Source: Amphiscolops sp. MND2022 (Eukaryota). Taken from it: a DNA stretch of 64,000 nt. The position numbers were made by a program, and so were the translations under genes. The stretch lies in NCBI GenBank assembly GCA_964187785.1, contig OZ076411.1, forward strand, positions 20,646,001 through 20,710,000, given 5' to 3'. Below are positions 63,401 through 64,000 of this stretch, piece by piece; position 1 is the first letter of the stretch, and the number at the start of each line of letters is the position of its first letter. The notes beneath the pieces were generated by a model. It saw only the letters and a program-made list of their open reading frames with translations. It did no database searches and had not been told where the DNA came from.

Positions 63401-64000
63401 TGGTTGGCCGAGCTCACAAGGGTGAAGGAATAAAATTGAATAAAGTTGAATTGAATGAACATTGATGTTGGCAGAAGATTTCACATTAGAACATGATCCT
63501 TGTTGGCTGAATTGAATTTGCAGTAAAGTCGACCAAGGATTTTTCTAGAAGTTTTCGATTCTTTTTAAACTATTTCGCGGGGCATTAGCTGCTACGGGTA
63601 AAAGACAAAAACGGCATGTTTATTGATTTGTATAAATTCAGTCTAACTCATGGGAAGCGCTCATGTGAAGCGGGGAATTTCTTCGGACATATGAGTAATA
63701 TCTGTTGTCTTCCCGCTTAATGTTTTCGTTATGCTATGTGATGACGACAATAAAGTAGTTAACGCCGTCTTTCCTAGGTCTTTTGCAGATGCGAGCTCCG
63801 GAAAATCATTCAAATACACCACGGTTTCACTTTTGTTTCACAAAGAGAGTGAGGAACATTTGTCATCTTCAAAAGCAAAAACATTTTGTTTCTTGTTGCC
63901 CACTCGGACTTTTTCTCTACTAACTGAGAGCATTGACACTATTGTTAAGTGGAACAGTTCCAGATTGCCAGCGAAGAAACGAAAGCCCACATTTCTTTAT
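54423..64000. repeat. 819-bp satellite, at least 11.7 monomers, continuing past the window end
   Basis: The same ORF register recurs at 54722+819n (55541, 56360 ... 62912, 63731); monomers differ by a few percent. Confidence 0.99.

Overview
Repeat-saturated eukaryotic DNA, probably an invertebrate animal (inference). I can support no host gene, tRNA, rRNA or CRISPR array. Left to right the window holds: (1) a LINE RT fragment; (2) a 5'-truncated Ty3/Gypsy element (A) with a ~3-kb convergent antisense ORF and a probable 3' LTR; (3) an orphan accessory-ORF/PPT/LTR fragment; (4) a young, internally deleted BEL/Pao element with two ~950-bp LTRs and a CTATG target-site duplication; (5) a ~74-bp hairpin-core minisatellite; (6) a scrambled BEL/Pao; (7) a 3-unit head-to-tail array (3.7-4.3 kb units) of a Gypsy 3'-region/LTR/gag-start segment; (8) a minus-strand Gypsy (B) with its own convergent antisense ORF; (9) Gypsy integrase debris and Helitron/Helentron-like ends; (10) an 819-bp satellite with an emerging higher-order structure that runs off the right edge. 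The best candidate for an undescribed system is a two-gene accessory cassette in these Gypsy elements. One gene is an antisense ORF resembling a BED-finger/hAT transposase, seen in two diverged lineages. The other is a sense ORF with an acidic SIM-like N-terminus and a conserved 65-aa CxxC domain that reads through the PPT into U3, also seen in two lineages (26/65 identical, ungapped). All translations and alignments were done by eye; no database search was run.
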